In this document: piece by piece, positions 51,670 to 64,000 of the stretch
Position numbering within the stretch: the stretch's first letter is position 1
How the letters are laid out: every line of letters starts with the position of its first letter
Assembly: GCA_013239625.1 (NCBI GenBank)
Contig: MU053994.1
Location: 1,119,775 to 1,183,774, forward strand
Length of the DNA stretch: 64,000 bases
Source of the DNA: Lama guanicoe
Taxonomy: Eukaryota
Reading direction: 5' to 3'
Notes under the pieces: model-generated
What the model was told of the DNA's origin: nothing
The model's database searches: none
Seen by the model: the letters and a program-made list of their open reading frames with translations, nothing else
Position numbers and translations under genes: made by a program

Positions 51670-52310
51670 ATCTTTTTTATTGACATATAATTACATCCAA
51701 TAAAATGTACAGATCTTAAGGGTACAGTTTGTTAAGTTTTGACAAGTACATACACCCATGTAACTGACACCTCAATAAAGGAATGGAACATTCTCATCAC
51801 CCTAAGAAGTTTCCTCATGTTCCTTTCTGATCATCCACCACTACAACCTCCCCAGGCAACCACTATTCTGATTTCTAGCCCCATATATTATTAGTTTTGC
51901 CTGCTATTGACCTTCATATAAATTGAGTCATACAGTGTATACTCTTGAGTCTGGCTTTTTTCACTCAACCTAATATTTCTGAGACTCTGGCATAAGTCAG
52001 TAGTTCATTCCGTTTTATGGTTGAGCACTATTCCGTTTCATAAATTTTCACAATTTGTTTATCTATTTTCCTATTCATGGACATTTAGGTTGTTTCCATT
52101 TTTTAACTTATTTTTTAGCTTTTATGAATAAATCTATAAATAACATTCTAGTCAACCCCCCCCTTTTTTTGGGTAAATACATAGGAGTGGGATTGCTAGT
52201 TCATAAGATAGGTATATATGTACCTTTATAAGTAACTGCCAAAGAGTTTTCACAGTAGTTGTACCATTTACCCTCTCACCAGTCATATATGAGAGCTATA
52301 GTTATGCAGT
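51670..52310 (-). mobile_element. L1MB/ME-type LINE-1 3' end
   Basis: tttattgacatataattaca...ccaggcaaccactattctgatttct...ggacatttaggttgtttcca...gggtaaatacataggagtgggattgct. Confidence 0.88.
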
Positions 52311-52494
52311 CTCTTTTGATTAGTGATGTCTTCACCACTGGTACCTAGTACTCCTAGCTCTCACTGAATGGTGATCATTTAGTGCTGGGATGGAGCGTAA
52401 AAGCTTCTGATGGAGAAACATATTAGACGTTGTCTTGGTGAGCATGAGAGCCGTAATAGGAGAGGAGGTTGGAGTGAGGTGAGGTAAAAGGAAA

Positions 52495-53295
52495 AGTGGT
52501 ACCCAGTTGTGAAAGAAAACCAGGATTTAGAGTCAAAGTATCTATTTAGCCCCAGTTCTGCCAGTTCATTCTGTGTGTCCTGGGGGAATTAACTAACTTT
52601 TTGGATTCTTAGTTTTCTGTTTTACAAAATGGGGATAGTGCCTCTCAGGCTTCATAGTAACAGCAATGAACTATACCACTCAGTGCACACCTGTTGTGTA
52701 TACTTCCTTCTTATTACAGAAGGAAGTCACTATTCCTGTGACTGGTGCAAACCTCAGGCATTATCTCATTTTTTCACTCACAAAGACTCCATGAAGTACA
52801 TATTAATATTATTCTCATTTTACAGGTGAGTAAATTGTGCCAAAGACTGCTTGTTTCCCAACATCTGTTCTCCCTGTATTCCTCCAACTTTAGCTGGGAA
52901 CTGGGTCACCCCAAATAAGAGCTATAATTCTCAGCTTCCCTCACAGCTAAGAGTGACCATGTAACAAGGTTCTAACCAATGAGTTGAAAGCAGGAGTTTC
53001 ACATATGACTTCCAAAAGGTGTCTTTAAAGGATAGGAAAGTATCTTTGTTCCTTTCTCCTTCTTGTTGAATGGAATGACATAGGATGGCTGGAGCTCCAA
53101 CAGCCATCTTAGATAATAAGGCAGCAGCAACATGTTCAGAACAACAAAACAACAGGAGAGAAGGAAGCTGGGTTTCTGATGGTCATGGATACCCTATCTC
53201 TGGACTTTGCTTTCAAAGGCCAGAAATAAACTGCTATTGTGTTTAAGCCATTGCCATTTCTGTTGCTCATGGCCAAGTCTAATCCTAAGTAATGT
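52495..53295. mobile_element. MIR fragments (~52495-52830) and an MLT1I/J-like LTR (~52836-53295)
   Basis: cccagttctgccagttc...aaaatggggatag; then cttccctcacagctaagagtgaccatgtaacaaggttctaaccaatgag...gatggctggagctccaacagccatctt. Confidence 0.72.
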
Positions 53296-53908
53296 TGAAA
53301 TAAGGGCTTAAAGAAGTTGTTACAAGAAAAATCAAGTCTTCAAGGTATTACGAAGATTAAGTTATAACTTGTGAAATCTTGAAGTGAGTGTTTGCTAATT
53401 GTTAATTGAATACGAGGGCCAGGGAAAGGAGAAAAAGGCAACCCTTGTGGAAGAAGCTCCTTCACTGTTACCTGATCTGTTCATCTAGGCTTCATAAGAC
53501 AATGCAGCCAAATTCTGAATTATACTCTCTATTTAATCTGTGAATATTCCAGGCCTCTTTTTCTCTCCTCTCTTTTTTCTTCCTTCGTTTAATTTCATTG
53601 CTCATTAGTATATACATTGATAATAATTCACACTAGAAGCTTTAGAATTTTATTTATAACTCTCATGAAGAACATGAACCCAACCTCAAAGCAATCATTC
53701 CTGAATTGGGGCTGACAGGGAGTGAGAAGCTGGGTAAAGGAACCAGACTGGTTCCCAGCCCCACCCCTCCCCAGTGCGATGCTGGAAGGCAGAATAAACA
53801 GGAAGTGGGGTGTGAGGGGAGGGGTGGCTGGGAGAGACTCTCCAAAATGGTCCGCACCTGCTTAACACAGACTCAGAAGGAATGAAGTTCTAAAACAAAA
53901 GACCCAGG

Positions 53909-53978
53909 CTCTTCCTCCCTCCCTCCCTCCCTCCCTCCCTCCCTCCTTCCTTTCTTTTCTTTCTTTTCTTCCTTTCTT

Positions 53979-54015
<37 letters not shown>

Positions 54016-54130
54016 CTTTTTCTTTCTTTCTTTCTCTCTCTTTCTTTCTTCCTTCTTTCCTTCCTTCCTTCTTTCTCTTTCCTTCCTTCCTTCCTTCTTT
54101 CTTTCTTCCTTCCTTCCTTCTTTCCTTCCC

Positions 54131-54198
<68 letters not shown>

Positions 54199-54237
54199 TC
54201 CTTCCTTCCTTCCTTCCTTCCTTCCTTCCTTCCTTCT
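53909..54237. repeat. 329-bp pure polypyrimidine compound microsatellite (CCCT/TTTC/TTCC)
   Basis: Read directly; no A or G on the + strand across the interval. Confidence 0.97.
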
Positions 54238-54404
54238 GTGCAAAGATGTTCTGGAATGAAATACAAGAGCTCAAATGTGGTTCCAGGAAATTCCAGTCTA
54301 GCAGGGAAGACCAAATGTAGACAAACAATCCAGCAACACCACGAGAGAGATAATGGAGTTATGCAGGGCTCTGGGAACATGCAGGGGAAGCTTGCACGGA
54401 AGTG

Positions 54405-55270
54405 ATGCTTCATTCAGTAAATATTTTTGGGGCGCCTACTATGCACCAGACCTTGGGCTATGTGCTGGTGATGATAGCAAACATTCTACCATCCCTGCCT
54501 TAAATGCTTCCAGTCCAGAGGAGGCTACAGACTACTGGCAGCCTAATAAGTGCTATAATAGGTGGGTATGTGATGCTACAGGGGCTCAGAGGAGAGGCCC
54601 TAAACCAGGTCTGGGGATTGAGGAACAGTCTTGTCTACATTGGGATCTGATGGAACAGCATGGATTAGTGAGGTGAAAATGGGGCTGGCATGCTGTTGCT
54701 GTCCTCTCTTCTGGAGCCCTCTTTTCTCAGATAGCAATATAGCAGCAAACCCTGAAACGACAAGGACTTAAACAAGATAGAATCATTTCTCTCTCTGCAT
54801 AAAGGAAATATAAAGGTAAGGTGTCCAAGGATGCTACTGTGACCCCATGGTGTACCCCATGGTGTACCATCCAGGCTCAGACCTTTTTGCCTCCATAGCT
54901 TCAGCATCATTCCCTACGGATACTTCATGGCACAAGGTGGATGCCTGTGGCCGGATATCATGTTCATATTTCATGCTGCCGGCAGAAAGGAACTTTCAAC
55001 CGAGTTAGCTCCATTATAAGCAACAACCCTAGTCCTTCTACAAATAAATATGTGTGTAGTTCTTTGGTTATATCTTACTCTCAACTTACAATCTGAAAGC
55101 CTGTAGAAGGACTATGGCTTTTACATCAGGAGACCATATTTAGTTGCTAGGAATTCTGAAAAAATGCAGTAGTTTATTTCAGGTGGCAACGTGCCCAGTT
55201 AAAAATTAGAGTCCTGTTACTAAGGAGAAAGGGGAGAATGGATATTGGCATAGGTGGCTAGCAGGTTTTG
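54405..55270 (-). mobile_element. L2 3' fragment (~54405-54690) followed by an old MLT1 LTR (~54720-55270)
   Basis: ttcattcagtaaatatttttggggcgcctactatgcaccag; gacttaaacaagatagaa...ggagaaaggggagaatggatattgg. Confidence 0.7.
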
Positions 55271-57243
55271 CCGCAGATATCTTGTTTCTAAAGTTGATGA
55301 CTTCACCACTACCTCATCCTCTGCCAGCGCAGCCACGGGGCCTGATGCCACGCTGCCCATCTTCATTGTGGGTGGGCGGTGGGGAGCCTGGCTTCCGAGC
55401 CACACTGCTGAGGTAGTAGGAAGGGCAGCCAGGCTAGGAGAGAGGGTGCAGAAGCTCTGGGCCTGTAGGAAAGGGGAGGGGACATACATGCAGGACTCAG
55501 AGTTCTGGCCTTTGATGAATCTAAGACTAAAGTGAGGTTTGAACCTTACTGTTGATGTTTGTCCTTGATTCTCTTTGCTCCGTAGTCATTCACACTCAGG
55601 ATGGTCTATGTGTGATTTGGCACAAGACATAGGTGTTCTGCTGGGCCTGTGGATGAAATGGGTCTGTGTTCAGAGTTTCTCATAGCTCCCATTCCTTTTG
55701 CATTTTCATTTCAGTCTAGGCTATTGGTAATGCTTTTCAGCCACATGCATTATTATCTAGTGCAACTTGTAAGAAGAGACCCAAGCTTTGTGAAGTGAGG
55801 CTTTTCCACAAAGAGATAGAAAGGACTTAACATTACAATAAATTACAATAATATACTTTTTGAGGTGTAAACTTCTTTGTGAAAGGAATGTATAGATAAA
55901 TGTATCTATTTTAATAGACTAGCAGAATGGAGGATTTGTGGAGGTGTATAAACACCAAGAGACTATTTCCTAAAATTTGACAGTTCACAAATACCTTTTA
56001 AAACCAAGGCAGGCCAAGGATACATCTTGTAGTCTAGCTCATAGAAGAACGTCGCTAGGGATGTCCGGTATCCTGCAAGCACTGGGTATCTCTGAGGCAG
56101 TGACAGGAGGAATTCTATTTTTATTATCTCCTTTTAAATGATAGATTTGTACATTTTTTTTAGTGTGCATAAAACCCCACCCTCAAACCCAAGGCAAGAC
56201 AAACAGCCAAGAGGTGATGCAAATGACTTAATGAAGAGGCGGCTGACGTGTGAATGCTCTCGTGTGACACGAGGAATGCCACTTGTGGCACTGCAGTGGT
56301 GGCACGTGCGTTGGAGGTCGGGGGAGCCTCTGTTTACGCCAACTCCTGAGTTACCAAGGAACCCTCTTCTAACTTTTGTACAAATGGAAGTTCCTTTGGG
56401 GGAGATGTGGTGAGGGAGGCAGTTTCCCATTCTGCCATGGGACTAACGTTTAAGCAGGAGACCCCTGGATTGGCTCTGTTCAGAAACCACAATCATCAGA
56501 CCATAGCCAACACAAATGATTCGTTCTAAAATTTCCCAACTCCTATCAAGACTGACCATGCCAATACCTACTTGGGGAAAGATTGTGGAAAGGATAAGGC
56601 GAGATGTGGAACACCGGGAAATGGAGATTGTTCCAAACATTTGTGCCAACAGTGAAATGGACACTTGGCAGAACATTTCAATGTATATGTGGCACAGATA
56701 GCAAAAGAGGAAGGTCGAGGACAGGGACTTGGATATGACAGTGGAGAAGTGGAGGCAAAGAAGACGAGCTCGAATGAGCAGCATGGAAGGTAGCTCCGAT
56801 CGGTAGTGAGAGGACCATAAAGAGGCACAGCTGGGAAGGACACGCCTACTGTTAAGAAGAGGGTAGGAGGCTGTGTGCAAGTTTGGAGCCAAGGTCTATG
56901 AGAAGAGAGGCCAGGAGGAGTCCATCTCAACATTTTTCCTCTGGATAATGCCTCTCAGAAAGGTAGAAATAAATATCTTGCTACCTAGGACCCAATGCAT
57001 TCCCACCTCAGCAAGCTAATTCCTTCCCCAAAGATGTGTCTGTTAATCTGTAGAAACAGCCTAATTCTCCAGTAGGATGCCTGGTAGGAAATCTAAGCTT
57101 TTATCCATAAAGGTCAATTTCTTACTAATAATTCTTCTCTCATGGAAACCCATGATTGATTATCCAAAGTGGGTTACAGAGATCTGATGATCATTTCAAG
57201 GTAAAAAATAGTTGTCAACATTTGTTGATTTAAACATTTTGTC

Positions 57244-57244
<1 letters not shown>

Positions 57245-57285
<41 letters not shown>

Positions 57286-57327
57286 TTTTAAAAAAAAAAA
57301 AAAAAGAAAAGAAAAAAAAGAAAAAAA
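57245..57327. repeat. Long poly(A)/A-rich tract with an internal T run
   Basis: Read directly. Confidence 0.9.
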
Positions 57328-59774
57328 TTTTGTCTAAAGAAACCATTTCTTCTTTCAACTGAGAAAATAATCTTGTGTAAAAAGAGTAAGTTCTTATATA
57401 CGGGAGAAGTTTCCTTTTCAAGGTGAGCCTATGACTACGCATTCATGGACACCATATCGTGACAGCTCATGGCCTCATGATCGGCACTGTTATAGCAGAG
57501 AGAAGCCCTGTGGTGGGTACATTTTACTTCTTGACGATGTTACCTTTATATCAACGGCAGGGGGATTTGTTTATTTTGGTCATTTTAAGAATATAATTAT
57601 CTCTACTTATTCCAAACATCATGATTTTCAAACTACGGTTCATTCCCCTATGCTTGCAGCTATTATATTTGGATTTTATTAACTTAAGAGGACAGTAGCT
57701 TTTGTTTTTAAATCATGCAAATTAAAATGCAGAAAGATAAGCCACTGTGATATTCACATCTGATATTTTAATCACTTAAGTCCAAGAAGTCAAGGTTTCA
57801 TTTTCATGGCGAATATAATTTGCAGATGACCTTATTGTTTATTTGCATTTGTCCCTTGGAGGAATCAGGGGTCTTAAAAAAATCTTCACATCAAGAGTTA
57901 CTGTGATTCACACCATTAGGCTAACTTTAGAAATGTCCACTCCAATAGCTTTTTCCCCAGTTGAAAGGCAGATGATTTTATGACCTTGAAATGAGCACTT
58001 GAATAACGGATGTGCCTCACTGAGGGATGTTGTGTGGGAAAAGATATGTCAAATACTAAAAACTCAGATATAAAAAGAGTAACGTGATGCACGGAAAAGT
58101 TGCCAAAACGGTAATCCTGACTATAGGAGAATGAAACACCCAAGAGGTGACCTTATTTATCCCTTGGGAACAGAAGCCATGTGCTCTGCTGGAAGCTTGC
58201 TCCGATAATAGTTGTACCCTCTCTCAGCTTCTCATCAGGGTTTCTGATTAAGGTGGCATATATTCCCTTCAAAGGTAACTCCATTTGTACGTACTTTCAT
58301 CCCAAAGCAATTTCTTTCCATTTAAATAACCCAGGCAGCCTTTAAAATGTCTCCTATGAGAATTAACTTGCATATGATACTTAACCACTTTGTAAACATC
58401 AAAGTGTCATATGAACGTTTAACCTTACAACAAGGAGATATAAGTCTACCTAAAAATAAAGATGTAAAAGGCAATGCTAAATTTCCATCAGACTGTAACT
58501 AAAAAAATTAATGAAGACTATGTAGTATTATAATTCTTGTAAGCTGAGTGGTAGCTCTCTATGAGAAAAGAATTTAACAAATGCTTCTAATCTAATGCTT
58601 CCCCCACCTCCAGGATTACTTGGAAGTGAGTTAAAACACTCTGATGTAAAAGTTGTTTATACACATACATGTAGTCTATTATTTCTGTGTGTACTGAAAA
58701 CCAGACAATGGAATTAATAAAAGGTTAGAGCTGAAATGAACCTTAGGGCTCATCTGGGATATTTACTATTAACAAGTCTGTGACAGAGGCAAGACTAGAA
58801 TTTAGGTCTCTCAGCTTCTAGGTCTTTGTTCCTTTCATTAAACTGAGTTCTTTATTGTCCCTTTTAAAATTATCTAATTTTTTGAGAAAATTAAAAATTT
58901 CACTAATGCTCTTTTAAAATTTTATCTTTGAATGTGAATTTCTAAAATTGGGGGCATATCTCTTACTAGTTTCTGTGGGAAAAGATCATTTGATAATGTC
59001 TATCACAAATAATTTTTAAGCCTAAGAAATAGCTTTCTCTACCTCAGACATGGATTAGGAATGCTTACTAGCAAAAATAAGTATTTCCTTTTAACCTTAA
59101 GAAGATTTCATTTTTCTTTAGTGAATTCTGTAAACCTTTCCTTCCTTGATGATCACATTGAGCCCTTATTTAAATTAAAGATTAAATTCCCAAACTCACT
59201 GTAGAAAAATAAACGTTCAAAGTTTTGGTAGTACAACTTTAAGGAAAATCTAAAGTCCTTTCTTTGTCGTTGTCTCATTCAGATCACAATAAATATTTCA
59301 TTCCCAATCTAATGGATTTGGCTTGGAGGTACCTTACATAGCCATATTGTGATGTTAGGGTTTGGTTTGTTTTAAAAATTTATAGCAGTTCCAAGCAGAA
59401 GTTAGATCTGTTCTCACAACTGCCAATACCGCAGGCCATTTTCTATAAACATCTTCTCTAAAAAAAAAAAAAAATCAAACACACATTACCCAAAGAACCA
59501 GACACACAGCTGTTTCTGGATCTCATCTTAAGAGACATCAACTTTTGCTTGGCAGAGTGCAAGTGAGCAGGGAATTGATCAAGTCTGAGCACCTATTCCA
59601 AGGAATTCTGCCTGGGGATGGAAAAGAATGGAAGAGGATGTCCCTGACATCACTTTCTTATTTAATTCAAAACTTATTTCCTGGCTGAGATGAGAAAGTA
59701 GAAGCAGTGAGAGAATCCATATAGTCCACAATAAGATAAAAAACGATTTGTCTTTTTTATTTTAAAAATATAAG

Positions 59775-60230
59775 CCCTTTGAGTTAAATGTATACTTACC
59801 ATATGACCTAGCAATTCCATTCCTAGGTACTCATCCAAAAGAACTAAAAACATCTGTCCACACAAAGACTTCGAAACAGTTTTCCTCTGACTCCTAAAAT
59901 CTCCAAGCTGGAACCAACCCAAATGCCCACTAATAAAGTACAGTATAGCTGTACAATGGAATATGGTTCAATAAAAAGGAACAAACTACTGATACGTAGA
60001 ACAATGGATGAATCTCAACATTATGCTGAGTGAGAGAAGCCAGAGACAAAAAGAGAAAGAAAGTATTATCCCACCTATATGATGTTCAAGAACAAGCAAA
60101 AGTTGTCTAGGGTGGAAAACCAAAATAGTGCTTTCCAGCGACAAGTAGTGGGGGACTGACCACAAAGAAGCATAAGAGATTTCTGGGCTGCAGCCAGGTC
60201 TTGATGGGGAGCAGTGGTTACATGAGTACA
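59775..60230 (+). mobile_element. L1M 3' fragment
   Basis: ttaccatatgacctagcaattccattcctagg...atggatgaatctcaacattatgctgagtgagagaagccaga. Confidence 0.85.
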
Positions 60231-60233
60231 TAT

Positions 60234-60440
60234 CAGGGTTTCTCAACCTTGTTGCCACTGACATTTTAGGCTGGAGCTTTCTTGAGGAGGGCCGAATTGT
60301 GCATTACAGAGTATTTACCAGTGTCCCCAGCCTTCCCCCACTAGACGCCAGTAACACCTCCCCTTATCTCAGATGGAACAACCAAAAATGTCTCCAGACA
60401 TTATCAAATGTCTTCTGGATGACAGAATCACCTCTGGTGG
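60234..60440. mobile_element. MER20 (hAT-Charlie)
   Basis: cagggtttctcaacct...actgacatttt...ccactagacgccagtaacac...aaccaaaaatgtctccagacatt. Confidence 0.88.
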
Positions 60441-60519
60441 GGTTCATTCATCCTTATCCACCTGTACACTTAACATGGGAGCACTCAGGCTATTGTATAT
60501 AAAACATACTGCATAAAAG

Positions 60520-61078
60520 GGGAAGAAAAGGAGCAATTTTGCAGTGGAGAAACCTGACAAACACTACCTCAGTCAGATGATCAAGGTGGACAACAACAGT
60601 AATAAGTCATGTTGACAGTATGTCCCCTGGATATGATGTCATAAGAGTGGCAACCTTCCTTCCCAAAACACATAACCCCAGTCTAATCATGAAAAAAACA
60701 CCAAATTCCAACAGAGGGGCAACCTATAAAATACCTGACTCGTACTCCTCAAAACTGTCAAAAACAAGGAAAGTCTGAGAAACGGTCGCTGCCAAGAGGA
60801 GCTTCAGGAGACATGACAACGGATGTAATGTGGGGTCCCGGATGGGGTCCTGCAACAGGAAAAAGGACAGGAGATTAAAAATGAAGGAAATCTGAATAAA
60901 GTATGGACTTTAGTTAATAATCATATGACAACGTTCATCAATTGTAACAAATGTAGCACACTAAGGTCAGATGTTAGTAATAGGAGAAACTGCATGTGGG
61001 CTGCGTGGGAACTCTGTACTACCTTTGCGATTATTCTATAAACCTGACTTTTCTAGAATAAAAGTTTAATTAAAAATA
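60520..61078 (+). mobile_element. L1MC3-like LINE-1 3' end
   Basis: gtggagaaacctgacaaacactacctcag...aatctgaataaagtatggactttagttaataat...aataaaagttt. Confidence 0.85.
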
Positions 61079-61289
61079 AGCCCTTTTAATATTAACGGTG
61101 AGCTTATAGAGCATTCAGAAATCTACACTTAGGTTTTTTGTTGTTTATTTTATTGTTTTTGTTTGTTTTTAATACTGCTAACTGCGAAGATGCCAACGAC
61201 ATTTTATGAAGTCATTGCCATCCGCTCCTAGAACTTTGATCTCATAAATGACCTTAGAATCTGCTCAGGACCTGTTGCAGTTGAATAAG

Positions 61290-62285
61290 ATTTAATCAAA
61301 CTCAGTAAAAAAGTTTTGAGCACTTACTCTGTGCTACACACTGAGCTAATTATTAGGGACATGAAGACATGAAGATGGGTGATATCTGGTCCCTGCTCTC
61401 CAGGAGCTCAGAGTCTCGAAGGAGGGCACCATTTGGTGTATCGGTGGAATTAGCGATTACAGGAACATCCAGGTGGAGAACATTATTTTATAATGGGAGC
61501 ACCTTCTTCTTTCCACAAAACAGATGGTAGTGATTCTGGCCTAGGGAGGGCCCACGCCTGAATTAAGGTAGTAAAGGGCTATTTTGAAGAAGAGAGAAAT
61601 ACAGGTCGATGGGAGATAGAAATATTTCTTCAACATACTCCTATGATTCTCATTACTCTTTCCGTGTTGGCCTGTGGGAGCAGTTAGGGAGAGTTTTGTG
61701 AGCCACGACGCTTGCTTTGCGTATAATAGTAGAACAATTGTATTCTGCCAGATAGACTTTTCTGACTGATTGTGAGCTGACCTCCAAGTCTCCCCGTGGC
61801 TGGGCTTATGCCCACATCTCCACATCTGCACAGATCCGTGGAACGTTCAGGTCAGAAGTCACTGAAACTTCGTGCGTCTCCATTTTCTTATCTGCAAAGA
61901 AAATCCCAAACCTCATGGGATGGTTGGAGGGTAAATGACAATTCTTTATAAATGGTCGGGGCTTCATAGATGTTGGCGCTTTTTACTATCTAGATCTCTA
62001 TTTTGACCTGGGAGTTACGTGGACACTTTTATCCTAGGCTCCTTTGCAGTTTTAGAAAATTATCAGCATGTGGGAGATGGTGTAGCATGGTGATTAAGAC
62101 CACAGACTTCGGACTCGGCAAGACCCTGGGTATAAATCTCAGCTTGGCTATTTTCCAGCTGTGTGGCTCGAAGCTGTGTTTCCATTGGAGGTTCCTGTGA
62201 GGATAAGATGAATTAATGTACAGTTAAGTGCCAAGTATAGTGTCCAGTGGGCAGCACACACCTGATAACGAAAGTTGTTATTTTA
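61290..62285. mobile_element. L2 tail (~61290-61430) and MIR fragments (~61800-61980, ~62075-62285)
   Basis: ttgagcacttactctgtgc...ggtccctgctctccaggagctcagagtct; tggtgtagcatggtgattaagaccacagact...gtgaggataagatgaattaatgta. Confidence 0.65.
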
Positions 62286-63739
62286 TCCCATCAGTCAATC
62301 ACAAAGAATTTTAAGAGGCTAATTAATGATGATCACACCTGAATGGTTTACATTTCTTGTCCTGTAAGTAGGACATTAGATCGTATGATCTCAAAAATAT
62401 TTTGGTCCAACTCTAAGATTCCATGAAGAGTCCACCCAGAATAGTTTCTTCTCTGGATAACATAGTGCTTTCCCATCTGTATGAGAACCTAGGAGCTTCA
62501 ATAACTGCTGTCTTTATTTTTGTTGTCTTGCATGGATGTCGTTATAATGAAGAAAGCTGATTCTGTTTTTCTACATCTTCTTTCTCTTTATACAATTTCA
62601 TAAGGCAGGTTTATACCCAACTTGAACATCTCATGAATATGTAGGGGAAAAGTGGTTAATTACATTTGCATCAAATGAAGTTCAATAAATAAGTTCTGAG
62701 CAGGCAGAGCAACAGAGGTTAAAAGTAACTCCAATTCATAGACTAAGAACAGGACGAGAAGGGAGATAATTTATAGCCAACTGGCAGCTGGAAGGGCAGT
62801 GAATTGATAAGGCCACACTCACAGACCTTTAATTGATGGCTCCACCATCTGTATAGAAGCCGTGTGTAAATAAGAACAAATAGTTTGGCCACAGAGCTCA
62901 GAGTGACTTTGTGATTGAGTCACAGAAAAAGAGGTGGCCAAAAAAATCAATTTAATCCTCCTAGTTTATGTTGCTCAGTCTCCTTCTAGTTGAGAATGTT
63001 TTCTCTGCCATGGCTTAATGAGTATCTTATTTTTATGACTCAAGTGGAGAAGCTTCTCCAACAATGAGATTACAACAGGACCACAAACCTTTACCTAACA
63101 ATTATCTGTGGCTGGCATGTTCCGGTTAAGCCTCTCAAGCGAGCAAGGAAACCACCACCACAAAAATGATCTGTATGCATTTGTGTGGACTTGGCTCCTC
63201 CCATGTGTCCACAGGCTGTATTCAGGGTGCAGATGTCAAAAGCTCTGTATTTTCAGGGGATCTCCCACGAGGCATGTCTGCCGTGATTCAGACTGAGGAT
63301 TCTAATCTGCTTAATCTGATCTCATTGGTAAGGTGCATCTCTGCCATATGATGATTGGAGAGGGTTGCACACCTTCACAAGCACTAGAAGGTGTGTGACA
63401 CCTGCTAGCTTGCAGGAACAGAGAGGAGGCACCCGGTCACTTCTCACAACCCATACAGCAAAGCAGGGTTATATAGAAAAGCCACCTAGATCCATCCACA
63501 CGATGCTTAGCTCATAGATGAAGATACAGAAATGAAAACAAAGAAACACGCATTTCCTTGGGATCCCAGCAGAGTAAGTCTGGCGGTGCTCCTACGACCA
63601 GACTCCAGAGCAAGTGAAGGATCTTTACTGCTATATAAGCACATGTTTATCTGTGGGGCATAGACGCCTCTCACGACTTTGTTTTTTCTTAACAATATTT
63701 CTGTTCTTCTCTTTATAAAAGTAATCTATTAATCCCAGC

Positions 63740-64000
63740 AGCAATGTAGGACACATACCTAAATTATAAGGCAAAAAATAACTTAGAACATAGAACACCC
63801 CCTCAGAAATAACCACTGTTAATAATGTTTGGTGTGTTTCATGAAAACATTTCTTCCAGTGTGTGTGTAGGGGTGTGTGTGTGTGTATTACAAAATTAAG
63901 ATTACGTATGTACAATTTTCTGTCCTGTCTTCACTGAACATTAACATTTTACCCTCTCATTAAAATTTAATTTGAATGCGTCATATTTTATAGTATAGAG
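63740..64000 (-). mobile_element. L1ME-type fragment
   Basis: cagaaataaccactgttaataatgtttggtgtgt...ttcactgaacatt. Confidence 0.6.

Noticed and set aside
53862..54413. Lys/Glu/Arg-rich ORFs (also 32421-32718)
   Set aside because: Translations of GAAA/GGAA microsatellites.
56134..56933. Cluster of 60-150 aa ORFs on both strands
   Set aside because: No codon bias, domain similarity or convincing exon structure.
1..64000. tRNA, rRNA or snRNA genes, CRISPR arrays, or a novel multi-gene system
   Set aside because: None recognised by eye; the window reads as a single-gene mammalian locus. A covariance-model search would be needed to exclude small structured RNAs.

Overview
Eutherian mammalian genomic DNA, not prokaryotic. 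It is AT-rich, dense in ancient repeats (MIR, L2, CR1/L3, L1M, MLT1 LTRs, hAT/Tigger elements) and has one clear protein-coding gene: MID1IP1 (MIG12/Spot14-R; CDS 42899-43450, +, 183 aa, uninterrupted), inside a large CpG island. The gene is X-linked in placental mammals. It appears to have two promoters. A distal CpG-rich element (~39.45-39.87 kb) carries a perfect SRE-1 with NF-Y and GC boxes. A proximal TATA promoter carries a DR4/LXRE-like site and ChoRE-like E-box pairs. This fits a lipogenic gene. The 3' UTR has polyA signals, a Pumilio element and miRNA seed matches. I saw no Alu, B1/B2, Bov-tA/CHR or carnivore SINEs; the protein differs from my recollection of the human sequence, and a laurasiatherian source is plausible but unproven. 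All other ORFs look like repeat- or GC-derived noise. I found no convincing new multi-gene system. The most notable unexplained structures are a ~105-bp ~90%-identical inverted duplication (30411-30827), a 31-bp templated copy inside a MIR, a palindrome cluster at 56.2 kb and a possible non-AUG N-terminal extension of MID1IP1. Repeat family names come from recalled consensus motifs, not a database search, and most repeat boundaries are approximate.
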